Counted from the first letter of the stretch, positions 27,101 to 40,735 are shown. The stretch is 64,000 nucleotides of DNA from Tubiluchus corallicola (GCA_030141605.1 JAQGDQ010000062.1:124001-188000); one strand, 5' to 3'. Notes: generated by a model not told the origin, from the sequence alone. Numbers and translations: made by a program.

Positions 27101-30100
27101 TAAAATAGCATTTACATACTTTTGCACACTGTAAACCAGAGTCCAGCATTCTCCAGTTTCAGCATCGCCATCGATATTTGTGGCTTGATTAAAATCTCAT
27201 TTATTATCATGGATAAATCCTAGGATGAGACACTGAAATGGCAAAGGTGTCTTAGCCATATTGATGGTATACATCCTTCCTGAACGAGGTAAACAGCCAG
27301 AATCAGTATGATGCGTGCCACTGGCTGGAATGAGCATTGAAACTAGCAGTTGACTCATTCATTGAACAGTCTCGGCACTTGTGGTGGGACTTTGGTTACA
27401 TTTTCTTAATCAACTAATTGGATGCTTAACCGATTTAAAAATAATAATCGATTATAATCGGTTTTCATGTTGTTTTCTGCTATTCTACAAGAAAGCAGGT
27501 GTGCATGAAAATTGCTGGATTGTACTTACGAGAAACCTTTGCATCTAAGTAGCAGTGCCAGCGTGTTTTGTTTAGGGGTGGGACAAAGCTTAATTTTTCG
27601 AAACAAGTCAGATCCAAAGTAGTTAAAGTAAAATCGGGGCAGATCCGAATCGAAGCTCCGATTCGGATTGGCTATACAAAACTCCGGAGTAGTGAAACTT
27701 CGTCCCATCCGTAGCTTAGTTATTGCACAAAGGTAGCACCATACATATTACTTGATTTTACCATATGACAACTATAAAAGTTAATTTGGGAAATAATCGA
27801 TTTGCATCTGCAACTACAAAAAATATTTAGTAATGCGGAACTGAAAACCCGGATCGATTATAATTAAATTAATTAATTGATCCAACCACTATTCGGCACA
27901 GCTTGATTTTGGTCGCAGGCTGCCACATTCCGTTTCCACTCGGCTATTCAGCTTGCTTTGAAATAGCCAAAAATATTACTAATGCATGGTAAAAAAGTGA
28001 GTGTTTCATTTTTAAACTGCAAGATTGTAGGCCTTGTTTCTTAACAATATGTTCAATGCTTACGAACAGCCTGCAAAACTGATTCTGCCTGGCAAATTCA
28101 TTTGCATTATTTTGTATTTGAATCCTATTTGTGCCGTTTAGAAATGTCCAGCTAATACCCTACGTAATAGCAGTGGCGGCTCATGTGTAGGTACTGTGGA
28201 ACTGCAGCACCCCCTATTTTAGCTCAATAGTCTCAACAATATTCAATATCTTTTTTCTTTAGTTGTTTCTTTGTACTTGTACGGTCCAGAGCACATGAGG
28301 ATAGTACTGATTGCTTCATGGCCCAGTGCACTCAAAGCTCAAGCAACGTGGTGTTTGGCTGTTGTGCACATATGTCTGCACTTTAGGTAGAAAAAGTACT
28401 GTCGCTCACGCAGTATGTGCTGTCAGTTGTCACGTGCTTAAAAGCCGTGTACCAGCATATTCTTGAACTGCGACAATTTAGGCTATTTGTAAGCAAACAA
28501 TATTTTTTGTTTATGTATAAATTTTCATATGTTTGTTTGTTTAAAATTACAATTACAAATTTCAACATTAAAATTATATATATATGTTTGTTTTGTTTTA
28601 CAAAGTATTAACAATGGCTAAAAATTTTCTGCAGCAGCACCCCAACTAATCTTAGCTACGAGCTGCCACTGCCTAATAGTAATAAGACATTGTATCATCA
28701 CCTAATTAGTGACATCTTTGTGTCTCTGTTCTTTTTGAAACATAAATGTTGTTTTATAAATGTTTAACTTTGTCTTGTTTGCAGCCTTCCAAGTGCATTC
28801 GAGTATCACTCAATGTAGCTCTCATCTGCCAAACCATAGTTGATCCACCCGGTGAACATGAGCAAATCACTAGGGAAAATATCTCCACCAAACTTACCTA
28901 CACAGCCAATAGTAAGTAATCATATGTGCCTAATGATAGACTACACCGTAATTATTGGGTGTAATTGTGTCTGCAATGCTTTTTCGGTACAAATCTTTTT
29001 CTGTACAACTTAATTAAAAAATTAACTTGTTTTGCAAAAATAATTGCCAGTACTCAAGATGACCAATGGCAATACTTTGACATGATGTCATTTCTAATGA
29101 GAACTTACACGGCTGCAGAAACAAAACTGCCTTAAAGTAACATCTTTCCCTGTCGAAAGGTTGAAAGATTACAACAGTATCGCTGACAATATTATATCAC
29201 GTCGAAAAATTTTTTGTATTTATTGTTCGAACTCTAGCTGCTAACAGCTGTCAAACTCTAACAAAAGGGAAAGTAGCATCAAACTGTAAAAAATATATTT
29301 GGTACAGTTCAGTTTAGTTTTTAAATAATTGCAATGATTGCAAACAGAAACTTGTATATAGTATATACAAAACATTTTATAAATTTACAAATACATGGGG
29401 CAACTATCTGAGATGATTAAATTTAAAAAGAAAATTTTTTAAAAGTAATTTTCAAAGAAAGAAATTCCAAATATTTACATCTTAGGTATCTAGGTGGGAG
29501 AACTTTCCAGTCTAACAGTTTTAAACTTTTGAAACATACAAAAAACTCAGAATATAATAATATACAATCATTATATTCAACTCATTTGTTCAGTTAATAA
29601 ATAGCATTTGTTATTAAAACTGTATTGCTGGCTGAGGATTATAGTAATTGCTGTTTATTATTACTTTCCAGCCACATCCCCCGTACCCATCAGTCGCTAC
29701 TGGTTTTGCCTAAGCAATCTAAATACAGTCAACCCTCGTTAAATCGGACTAATTGGGGGGTGGGGGTGGTCCGGTTCAGCCGATTGTCCGATTTATCTGA
29801 TATGCCTATATATGGTCTATATTATACAGGAATAATCACCTTAATAAGGCCTATATACATTGCACTATATACTATACTGTATATTACTTTAAAATAGTTA
29901 ACCTGTGAGGATAAAGAAATTATTGTACAGTTGGTAGGCCGTGTTGTATTTAGCGCTCGCGCTCGGACGGAAATCGGTCAGTTTCCTTTACCACGGATGA
30001 CGTCCGTCTTATCCGATATCCGGGCTAACGGGGTCCGGTTTAACGAGGGTCGACTGTAAAGTTAGAACTCCATAAACAAAACTTCATGTATGGACAGGTC

Positions 30101-31570
30101 TATGTGGAAAATATGCACACACTGAACGAACTATTCCAGTGTCCGAAGCTGCTTCTGTCAGTCAAGCATGACAAAAAGCACATACTGCTATACTTCTAAA
30201 TCATTATGCACTATGTACTGCTATACTTCTAAATCATTATGCACTATGTATACATGGAGTTCTAATTGAATGTGAACGGGGATGTAGCTGAAAAGTAATA
30301 ATACAGCTATTATTATTGCAAACTCAGGTTCCCCAGAAATAAATCACTTGTGGAAAGTAATAATCTAAATACAGTTTTATAATATTACAATTGTGATATC
30401 CAAGTTGCTAGTGATAGGAGGCATATTTCAATTTTTTTCTGAAGCATGTGATGTGTAGTTGAAACAGTTTTCTCGTAAAAAATTCCACAGATAAGTGGCA
30501 ACAAGGAAACAAGATTATAAGTGGCTGTCTTGTGTCTATGGATATACAGGGTGAAATCATAAGACTCATCAGTGAAATAAGTATTCTGAACATTTAGATA
30601 GCTGATTTGTATATGCATTTGCATTCATCAGCTGAAAATAGTAAGATCCTTACCATGCTAGTACATAATGTGGCGCAGGCATAACAGGTCGACATTAGCA
30701 AGAACAGGCACATCTTCCTCTTTAGTTTGTTCTAACAAAAATGGTGGCCTTTTAGAAATCGGAATGGTCACTAATTTTGAAATAAATTGAAATTAAAATA
30801 AATTTTGACTTACCGTATATACTCGCATATAAGCCTACATCGCATATAAGCCGACTCCCTAAAACTGCTTTAAAATGGCCAGTTTTTGCAAAAACCCGTA
30901 TATAAGCCGACCATCAACTTGTCTAATTTTACTCCATACCCAATCAACAAAATTGATCCCTTTTTGTCACATTTTGTTAATTGGGTATTTTTGGTTCATT
31001 GAAATTTTTTACTATAAAGATGTAAAATGCTTACTTTTATGTTACATACTAGAAGAAATAGAAGAAATTATACATTTTGATATGAATAAAGAAGAAAATA
31101 TTTTGTTTTCTATTTATTCACAAAAAATTATAACATTTCTGTTTATAATTTAACATAGTGTTCTTGAAAAAAACAAAATGACACACAACCAAATAAAGAG
31201 TCAGATAGCGATGAAAATGTGTGGCTGGAAAATTGGCATTAGTGTCTGTCCTTGTGTTCATTTTGTTTCATGCGCATATAAGCCGACCCCCTGATTTCAG
31301 TATTGTATTTTATAGTTCTAAATTCGGCTTATATGCGAGTATATACGGTAATCACATCCATTATTATGTATGATTATATGCTATAAATTTCTTTTATATT
31401 TAAGAACTCTGTATTTAAGAACTTTTTTTATTTATTTTTCAGTTAATCCTGGTGGCTGGGCTCCAGTATCTGTCCTCCGCACAGTGTATAAGAGAGAGTA
31501 TCCACGGTTTGTGAAACGATTCACTCTGTATGTCAAGGAACAGACTAAAGATAAGCCTATTCTCTTTTAA
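15144..31570 (+). CDS. CERT1: Ceramide transfer protein (PH - serine-repeat - coiled coil - FFAT - START), 598 aa
   Basis: 13 GT-AG exons, phase-consistent, 1797 nt: 15144-15365, 18714-18932, 20410-20545, 21297-21374, 21917-22086, 22917-23027, 23907-23993, 24741-24824, 25107-25205, 25788-25920, 26531-26733, 28785-28911, 31443-31570. PH: [20 protein letters not shown]: [24 protein letters not shown]. Middle: [27 protein letters not shown]: EEEFFDA. START: [18 protein letters not shown]...KREYPRF. Confidence 0.97.
15781..17535 (+). mobile_element. 5'-truncated CR1-type LINE fragment in CERT intron 1, split by a solo LTR
   Basis: 15781-15944 reads [25 protein letters not shown]...[13 protein letters not shown]. 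It resumes at 16945 with VWSP / [14 protein letters not shown]...[10 protein letters not shown]...[16 protein letters not shown] and later [11 protein letters not shown], the classic CR1 ORF2 C-terminus. The 3' end is approximate. Confidence 0.88.
15945..16940. mobile_element. Probable solo LTR (996 bp, TG...CA ends, 4-bp TSD GTAG)
   Basis: Starts TGTAATGT, ends ACACCACA. GTAG is duplicated at 15941-15944 and 16941-16944. Removing the insert restores GAT GTA GTT TGG AGT CCA (DVVWSP) of the host CR1. Imperfect terminal inverted repeat; no ORF. Confidence 0.8.
19658..20343. mobile_element. pogo/Tigger-type MITE in CERT intron 2, 686 bp
   Basis: TIRs CAGTCTAACCTCGTTATCTCGCC / GGCGAGATAACGAGGCTAGACTG (1 mismatch) with TA flanks. 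Several subterminal GGCGAnATAACG-like repeats. Confidence 0.92.
25454..25485. repeat. (TTACTA)n microsatellite after AATAAA, probably a retroelement 3' tail
   Basis: aaataaaattactattactattactattactattactatt. Confidence 0.6.
27414..27891. mobile_element. Degenerate non-autonomous DNA element with AATCGATT-type subterminal inverted motifs (hAT-like?)
   Basis: Left aaccgatt...aatcgattataatcggttttca mirrors right tgaaaacccggatcgattataatt. Exact ends and TSD are not resolvable. Confidence 0.35.
28171..28671. mobile_element. hAT-type MITE in CERT intron 11, 501 bp
   Basis: TIRs CAGTGGCGGCTC / GAGCTGCCACTG (1 mismatch). 8-bp TSD CGTAATAG (28163-28170) vs CCTAATAG (28672-28679), 7/8 identical. GCAGCACCCC occurs near both ends. 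Confidence 0.85.
29726..30056. mobile_element. pogo/Tigger-type MITE in CERT intron 12, 331 bp
   Basis: TIRs CAGTCAACCCTCGTTAAATCGGAC / GTCCGGTTTAACGAGGGTCGACTG (2 mismatches) with TA flanks. Subterminal TCCG repeats. Confidence 0.9.
30183..30248. repeat. Perfect 33-bp tandem duplication
   Basis: TACTGCTATACTTCTAAATCATTATGCACTATG x2. Confidence 0.9.
30813..31348. mobile_element. Tc1/mariner (Tc2-like, CCGTA-ended) MITE in CERT intron 12, 536 bp
   Basis: TIRs CCGTATATACTCGCATATAAGCC / GGCTTATATGCGAGTATATACGG with TA flanks. Internal CGYATATAAGCCGAC repeats near 30841, 30897 and 31274. Confidence 0.92.
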
Positions 31571-34500
31571 ACTGTCAGAAGTTAACATTGTAAATAGTTG
31601 ATCTTTACCTATTTTGCCACCAAACTGTATATTTGTGCTTGTAAAGTATATCCATAATTATAATCAAAATGTATTATACTATATTTATTTATACACAGTG
31701 TGTATACTGCTCTAGAATTTCTTAGAGAATTTCATGAGGATGAAGAGCAACATTAAATTCCTTACTTTGCTAATAACAGTTTTAAGGAATTACATGAGGT
31801 GTGAAACTGAGGGTTCTTCTTTAAAGGAATTAAATTTCCAATTCTGAGAAAGATGAGGGCAGTATACTGTACACTCGCTTGATAAGGGATTAATAGACCA
31901 TGCTTTTGAAATGGTTGTACAAATACTACTCTAAATTATTTGTTGACTAGGAACATTTATAATGGTTTCATGTTGCTACTGGTTTTGGGTAGTAAAGTCG
32001 CTGGGAAACCACTCACCAGGTGGCACTGATATGAAATGGCGTCTCAAAAGTGTAACCAAAATGTCTCCATGGACATGCTGTATGACAAGATCTGCTGCAA
32101 AGATGTTAGAATATTGAAGTGAAATGTTGATCATCTACGTACATTCTTAAATATGTTAAATGGTGGTATTTATCATTTCTGTCAAAGCCATGCTAAAATT
32201 TATAAAAAAAACTGTGATTTGAAATCTACCTAGTATTAGCATACTCTGTTGCCATAGTTACTGCAATAAAGAAGCTAAATTCTTAATAATTCGGTTAATT
32301 TCCATTTCAGATTTGAGCTTAATAAATGTATAGGAGCCATATCACAGTTTAAGCATGACATGGTTGTGTAGTAACTGTATAACAGTTTTTGATTGTCGAT
32401 ACTTTCAGTGCGGTACTGTTGTAGAATAACACAGTGTGGTTAGACAGCAACATCCTCATTACAGTAAACATCATTACTTCAAACGCAATAAAATCATAAT
32501 CATGATTTCATGATTTTTTACCACCTGTTTAATGGTACTCAATACCGTTCATGCGTTACATAAGCAAAAAAGAAAAAACGTTATCTGTCCTGGCTGACTC
32601 ACAATTTCAGTGCCTCCTGCTCCAGTTTGTTTGTTGTTGAGCTAATTGTTGTAAGTGTAACCTCTTAATGTGTGTGTATTGTAAACAATGTTGTGATTTA
32701 ATCATAAAAATGCATCTGTACAGCAAATATTTTATAAAAGTACTAAATCAGTCAGAAATTTTTTGAAATTACTGTATGGCTGTAGTAAATTTGTATGTAT
32801 TTTTATAATTTAATGTTAATTTGGTCGTGAAATACTAGAAAATTCTTAACCAAATCACTATATTGATTAGTAGTTAATTGATATTTATTTGTTGAATCTC
32901 GTTTCATTATGTTCAAGCTTGTTTAAGCTAGTGAGAAATGATAGTAAGTTTTTTGCAAAACTAAAACTTTTACTTGGTACTTTTTACGAAACACTTTTGT
33001 GGATTATAGACCACAGGATTAATGGAGATATTTGAAAATTACAAATTTAATCAATGTGCGAAAACTTAATGTATAGTTTTCATTAATATGTTACATGCTG
33101 TTTTCAAGTACAAACTGGTTAGGCTGGTTAGGTGTGCTTTACATGTTACACATATTGTTACTTAACAAAATTACATTATTTCTCATTACAAGCATAATAA
33201 ACGTTTTTATTCTAATCTAAATTTTTAATCTCTTCAGCAAACCCAAATCATTGTAAGAACTGTGATGGGATTTCTATCTTATTAATATGATTTACAATTA
33301 AGAAGAAGCAAACCTGTTATTTCTATCGAAAATTTGTTTCAGTGTAATTAAAATGGATGCTGTCTTCTTTTAGTTCTCCTTTCTTAACGTTATGGAGACC
33401 AATTCATTTATTAAGGTTCTAAATATTGTGTATAGTAATCATGTAGTGAAAGAACACCTTTATTTTTTTGCAAGTTTTGCACATTTTGTTTTTCATTTTG
33501 GTGACATTATTTACTGAAGAGGTCAAATCAAGGCATACGGAACTGAAAGAAAAGACGTAAGTCTAAAAATCATTCTATTTTACTTTTAATGATTTAGCCT
33601 GTGATTTTGTGAGCTTGTCTAGGTGCTTTAATCACTCTTTCACAGATGTTTGATTAATTACATGTACAGACAAAACGTTTTAGGATTCTCAATTGTGTTT
33701 ATGCCTCTAATGCAAAAAAACAAGTGATTAATAGTGTATGCCTCCTCTTTATTTATCCTACCTATTATAAGTGTTTGTGCTTAAAATTATTAGTAATACT
33801 CACAAATGCTGTAATAAACTGTTGTTTGTTGTTATTGACTTGTGATAGGATGCACAGATAACTGCTTTTGCAAATAATATTTTTGTCATTTATGTGTTGC
33901 TAACAGAATATTGAGTGAAAAAGCTGAGCTTATTTTAAATAAATTACCTGTTGCAAAAAATAACTGCTAAAAGTTTTTTATCCTTTTCCCATCTGCAGTC
34001 CCATACAGTGCTTGAGTATAATAATAATAATCTTTATTTAAAGTCGGCCTTTTTATGGGGTTACATGACAGCCTTTGATGTAATACGTAGATCACAGAAA
34101 GTCAATCAACCATCGGGAGTCCCCCTCGCAATGGCCATTCAGGCCCACTGTATTTTGGCTGTAACAGCTTTTTTATTGCTCGCGTCAGGACTTGCTCTTA
34201 AGCTCAGGGATATGTAAAGCGCATAATAATATAATTAGGGAAAAGTGTGTGTTCATGATTGTTTTTACTCATTAAATTCAGTAAACAGCAATGAAAGAGA
34301 GTTTAGAATAGTAAACCTTTGTTCTTGGGGCACATGTAATGTTGGATGTTCTGTACCCAGAAAGGTTAGAAACAACGATTTGTTAGTTCTCCTGCTGTCT
34401 GCTCAAACTTTGCTAATGTTTTATTGCTACTGCTGGCTGGAAATAGTGATGTGGCGTGCTATATTAGGACTTAAAGCACAGGAAAACCTCCCACGTAGAT

Positions 34501-35562
34501 AAACCTTAAAAAAATTCGTCTTTGAGTTTTATATCACTTTCATAATATTTATGGTTTAAATAATAATTTAAAATTTATGTTTATAATGATTTAAACCAAT
34601 GGTAGGCCAATAGTAATGTTTGAAGAGAGAAATTTATTTTCCAATACTTCATGATGTCTACGGGTTGTAAATTTAAAAAAATATATTCTGTATTTTCTAA
34701 GCCGCTGAATGAAATTGTTCCTTTATCCTTTTTGAGTTTATTTTTACCGCAAATAATTCGATAATTATCTTCACTGTGAAAATATTATAGCTGGGCAAGA
34801 AAACAAAACGAAAACGAATTGAAATTTCATTGATTGTCGGTGTCCGGTAAATTCTCAAATGTCAACAGTCAGCACGTGGTTTCATTGTTGATAATGATTA
34901 ATGAATTTTAATTGTTACTGTTAAATTTAGGCTACGTAAATTCATAGTAAACTGAGAAACTTATTCAACGAGTATAAATATTACTAATCTGAATCTGACC
35001 TTGCTGAATGAAGTATTTAGTGCCGTTAGTGGATATTTAGTATTTAGGCCGTACCGGCGTGCCGCTAGACTAGGTAATATTAATTATTATTATATTAATA
35101 AGGTATCATTGTATGTAACAATGTTAACAATAATTCTCCACCCAATTTTTTATCCAAAATTTTTGGCACAACCAATTATTTGGTAGTGTCTTACTAGTCA
35201 CAGTACATTGTACTGAGGTATGTATTGGATAAATCTCCGTCACTTAACTAAAGAAAATATTAATTTTTAGTTTTTACTTTTACTAGTTTTAGTTTAAACT
35301 CGGTTAATACCATGGGATCCAATTTTGGTTTATAGTTAAATGTTAGCTTTTGGTTAAAGGCAAGTGAGCCCTGCTGTAAGGCAAAACACTAATTTTTACT
35401 GTTTCACTTGTCGTTGATTCTGAATGATCATAAATAGGAGAATTTCTATTTCATACAACCACTAATCTATTGTTTTTAAAGGAAATGTATACATTAATGA
35501 AATCAACTGATCTGCTACCTAGCTTTATGTGCTTATGGTGGACATGTTTTACAGGTTTTTAG

Positions 35563-38500
35563 ATGCATAAGCAGTGCCTGTCTTTTGTGATACGTGTGAA
35601 TGATCTGCTTTCATGCAGGTTAAGGTGTAGAAAATTCGCAAGCTCATACTGGACATACCTCTCAGTGCGTTCCCCTAGTCGTAGAATGTTGGTAGACTGC
35701 ACAAAATGTACATCATCACTATGGCAAATTCGTGACACACCTTCCTGGGTTTTTGATAGGCAGCGGATGTTTACTTCTCAAGACAAACAGACTGAGTAAG
35801 TGGGTACCTATTTTAATGCATTAGATAAAATATATTAATTTATGGATTCTGATTATATATAGTATAAGAACATTATGTTATGTATAGCATGACTGTACTC
35901 TGTAGCTGTAAGTGTAAGAGTCCCATTGAAGCTTTTTTAAGTGCTGTGTCACCAAGACATCATGAGGATATCCGCTATGAAGGGAGGACTAGTATCAAGT
36001 AACTATAAATGGCGTCAGTCAGGGATTTTGGGGCCAAGAACCATGTAACATGAGGAACTTATAATGGTGTGAGCTAACTTAGGAACTTAACTACTATTTT
36101 TAATGTCACAACCGCAGTTATCAATATCATTTCTACTATTATTCTTTCCCACATTAGATGTAGAAATGTAGTCATCATAAAGTGCATGCAATTTTCTTAT
36201 TTTTCATAATTTTAATAGGATTTGTGAAATTAGATTCTCAGAGTCAATGAAACAATTTTCAAATGCAATTCTCAAATTTTCAAAAACTGTTGGAGCTTTT
36301 AATAATTCAGCAATTTGTAATCAGTTTTTCCTGCAGATTCCTTCATTTGGTGAAACAAAGATGGATCTGGCAAAACTGGAATCAGTGCAGCTCAATCAAA
36401 CCTCTTTTTGACACTTGTGTTGGGCTGCAAAATCTGTGAATAAAAAACAAGTGCCATGACCATAGTTCGTCAAAGACATCTAATTTACTTGAACCAATTT
36501 TTATATGCCAGATTTAGTAGTGTTAGCAATTAATTACTGTTGAAACTGATTGAGATAGTGAATGACATAAAGTCTCTAGTATTAATGCTTTTGTGCTTCC
36601 AAAAAGAATTTCAAATGCTGTTGCGAACCATTTTGAACTCTCAGTATTATTAATAATTTTAGTCCGAGTTTTGTGAAACTTTTCTCCGTTTAGTCTTAGT
36701 AAGACTGCATCATTGTTTTGTATAACATTGCAGGGTGCTTGATTTGCTCCAGTATGACAAGCTAGCTGATGAAACACTAGATTCTCTTGCAGAAGTTTTT
36801 GACTCTGTTGGAGAAATCTGCCCTAATCTTCCAAATTATGATGTGGCTTACTCGGTGAGTAAACAGTAAAAAATTAAAACGATCAAACATGAAACAAAAA
36901 AGCAGTAAGAATAGTAGCAGTGTGAAATTTCACAGATTCACTAGAGATTTACATTTCAAACGCGATGGGCTATCTATGCTTTTTAGTTAATGAAGAAATT
37001 CAGCCTTTGTGGACTACAATTTTACACCTGCTGCCTGTGTTTTTTCTTCCCATATCTATCCCAAATTACCACTTAAAGAAAACGTGATGATTTTCATATC
37101 TTTACTTCGAAGTACCTTAAAAAGCATACATTTTAACACCAATAATTTTGCCAAAGTGTTTATGATAATTAAATAATAGGTTAAAACCTTAATTAATGGC
37201 TGGCGAGCCCAGTTAATGATGATATCATAACTGAACATAGTTTTCAACAGCACAAACATTCCATGAGCTTGTTGCACGTGTTTGCGAAAGCAAAAATTGA
37301 AGTGTGTGCTACTGTGAAACACACAAAAATTCCGCAAATTTTAAGTTTAAAAATTTAAATTTCAAGCTGTGTTCATGTGTGAACATGCTCTCGAACATGT
37401 GCACTACATCACAACTGAACACATTTGAGTTGAAGAATACAGTGGCAGCTTTCTGTGCAACACATTTTCGAGACATGGGCTCTAGTACCCATCCAACTGG
37501 CACATGGTGAAATGAATGTAACAGCAAAGAACTACCCGGGCGATCGTGAAATTGGGTTTCTGCGGTAATAATTTTTTCATGTAAGTTATTATTAAGAAAC
37601 AATGTGTTTCTATTCAATATTTTACACATCAGATGATTTTGAGCTGTAATTTATGATCGGGTTCTGTATTCCTCTATTTAATCAACTACACTACAACAGC
37701 AAGCGAACTCACCATCATACTATCCACAACGTACGCCTCAGCCACCACTCCTAGTATCCACACCTCATAAAAGTTCATGAATAATGCATGTACATTGCAT
37801 ATAGTGTACATATATGCAAACTAGATACATATTGTCCTCATTGAAGCAGGTGAGTCATATGCACCATCTTTGCTTTAGTCTGATTGTTCATCTATCCATG
37901 TTTGACTAAAAATGAATAATCAAACTATAACCATCTTTGGTGTTCATGAAGGACATTGTGGGAATTGAAAGGTCAAGGTCATAGAGGCACTTTCAAATTT
38001 TGAATTTTTTGCAATGTTACAACTGTGTTAAATGTCAAGGTCATAGAGGGATTAACAAATTTGCTCTGTCTAGATGTTTTTTTATACATCACTCACTTGA
38101 AACCAGACTCTAGCACTAAGTATCAAAGCTTAATACTAGTGCTTAGTGGCTCTTGTATGACTAAGATCCAGTTCATTATCAATGATCATCCTCTGAAATG
38201 AGATACTGAATCAAGAGTGGTGTGTTAGTCAAGGTGCGGGTGCTACATTAGCTACATTTTTGTGGTCGAGAGGTCAAAGGTTTGGACCACGCTAAACTGA
38301 AAGTTACCTAGCTTGCAAAATAGCTAATATATATATGTGTGGCCTAAGTTAGCCAGCAGATTATCTTTAACATGTGTTATGCTTGCTAATTAAGTTTTTA
38401 GGTCAAAAGGTAAATGGTTAAGGTCTGGTCAATGGGTCAAGGCAACACAGCTCTAACATAAACGCTTTTTGATTGTGTGTGCACCAGATTAATTTGGACA

Positions 38501-39022
38501 AGTTTGTGGCTTTTATTATTAGCTTGTAGATTATTACAGATAACAGAAATCTAAAATTATAATGAGCCCAAAACTCAAGTTTTTAAATAAACATGGTATA
38601 CTTGTTTAAAGTGAACGCAGTCATTTGTGACAATCATTATAAAAGGAAATTTTCTCTATTGTTTGTCTAACAGATTGATTATTTTCTTTATCCAATTCAC
38701 ATTAGATTAATTTTGCATGTTAGCTACCTATGCTAAGTTTACATAACAGTGATTATTTTACGTGTTTTTTTAGAGTGGTGTGCTCACTGTGAAATTTGGA
38801 AACGATCTTGGGACATACGTCATCAACAAGCAAACACCCAACAGACAGATATGGCTTTCTTCGCCATCTAGTGGTCCAAAACGGTATGACTTGCTCCAGG
38901 GTGTCTGGACATACAGACATGATTTGGTTGCACTTCATGAACTACTTACTAAAGAAGTTTCAGATCTAGTTGGATGCAGAATAGAGTTTCCTAAGCTTCC
39001 TTCACCCATTGGTGATTCTTGA
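35563..39022 (+). CDS. FXN: Frataxin, mitochondrial, 200 aa
   Basis: Exons 35563-35795, 36734-36854, 38774-39022 (603 nt, phases consistent). Arg/Ser-rich presequence, then [17 protein letters not shown]...YDVAYS|[39 protein letters not shown]. An acceptor at 35554 implies a non-coding upstream exon; the start codon is less certain than the domain. Confidence 0.93.
37830..38465. mobile_element. AGGTCA-rich non-autonomous element remnant (Helitron/Helentron HINE-like) in FXN intron
   Basis: Repeated AAGGTCAAGGTCA / GAGGTCAAAGGT motifs (about 37969, 38034, 38270, 38400, 38434) after an AGGTGAG-containing start. This pattern is typical of HINE-like repeats of marine invertebrates. Boundaries are approximate. 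Confidence 0.5.
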
Positions 39023-40735
39023 TGATTTTATTGTAGATAGGTATATTTTATAGTTTTTGTCTATTAATGATAATGTATGTTTGTACAGTCACACTTCTTA
39101 TGGCATTTCTGTTTACAAAACTCTGGGCCATTTGGGCTTTGTCATTTTGTAAAGCACATTATATTTGTTTTGAATCTATTTTTAGCAAACGCTCTTTAAT
39201 TGTTTCTGTTGGGAAAGCCAAGAGTGATTGCATAATCCTTAATAATTGCTTTAAATGTTGCATTCTTTCATAAAAAGTCACACACATTTGCTTCTTGGAA
39301 TGTTAATGGTGATCAGGTAGCATTATGAGGGGGATAACTGAGTTTTTGCAGTTTTTTTATGTAAAACAAACTTTTCTTTAAAATTGCTTTACATTTTTGT
39401 TGAAATTGCATGTCTGGGGTACATTTTTCAAGTATGAAATTAAATACGCTGAAATCGCATCACGTAACTGTAAAACGCAATACTTTGTTTGTATCACCGG
39501 ACTCGCATAGTACGTGTGCGAACATACATTTATATGCCAATATGTTTAGTGTTTTCTCTTCACGTTTCACACTTGTATGCAGCTCATTTTGCAATTAATT
39601 TGTACTGTGGCATGCCAAGTTTTGCATTAATTACTAATTACTAATTTTAAAGCTTGTCCACATACCTCTAGGGGGAAAAATTATAAACAGATGCCAACCG
39701 CTGTGAGCAAAATTTAATATCTTCAAAGATGTAATTTCATTTCAAATTATTTTTTAGAAAAATTAGCCACTAGTGCTGATGTCGGTGATGATATAATTGG
39801 TATTTAAGCTTTGTAGCTACCTTGCTACTTTATCACCGAGTTAAATGATTAAGTTAGATCCTCATCTATTAAATCATTGATCAATATGTTTTTCGGAATT
39901 TTGATGAGTTTAAATGTCAAAACGGTAAACTGTTCCTACAAACTGTTAATGTTAGTGTTCTGATTACTGTGTTCTTTGTATCTGTAACCACATGTGCATG
40001 TCACGTAGATAAAATTTAAAAAAATGTTAATATCATTAACAAAAGTTTAATATGTACATTCTATATTATAAACTACAAAATAAATTTTTCTAAACCACAT
40101 TTTTACGCTACAGCCCGGCTATCATATAATACTTTAAATTATGCCACTTTATCTATTATGGCAATGAATCAACAATAAATAGGCATGCAAAACAGTATTA
40201 AACAACACGTTTTACAACTATGCAGGTAGTTTGTTCGCCATCATTTTATTTAATTATCACATCATTTATAGCAGCATTCCAGATTCTCGTGTTATCTTAA
40301 TAAGTCATTTCATATTCACCTGCATTTTACTTTCTTTTGTATATTTATGGCCAGTTGGCAGGCATAGCAATGTTTATGTTTTTATAGCATGCGATGACTG
40401 TGTGAAACATCATAACTTAAAGTTTTTGAATAATTTGAGAGCAGTTCACCTTATTAACAGAACGTTATGCTGTATATGCCTCTCTCTGGCTATAGAGCTG
40501 GTACTAATGCAAGTATTATATACACATTACTGCCAAATCTCACAAGCACCGGATTTTATACAATGTTCATTGTACATTATTTCTCACCATCTGTGTACAT
40601 TTTCTAAGTTTTGCACTCCTTTATTTATTTCTTCCATTTGTCTGGAGAGGTTTCTTACGATAAATTGCCGTTTCTAACTCTTGTTCTGTATCTAGTTCTT
40701 GATAAGGTGATAGCTTCGTTTACAGCACAGTTGTT

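Noticed and set aside
40231-40677. 148-aa hydrophobic ORF between FXN and the Ig gene 3' end
   Set aside because: TTG start, composition typical of AT-rich non-coding DNA, no motif, and it overlaps the expected 3' UTR of the Ig gene.
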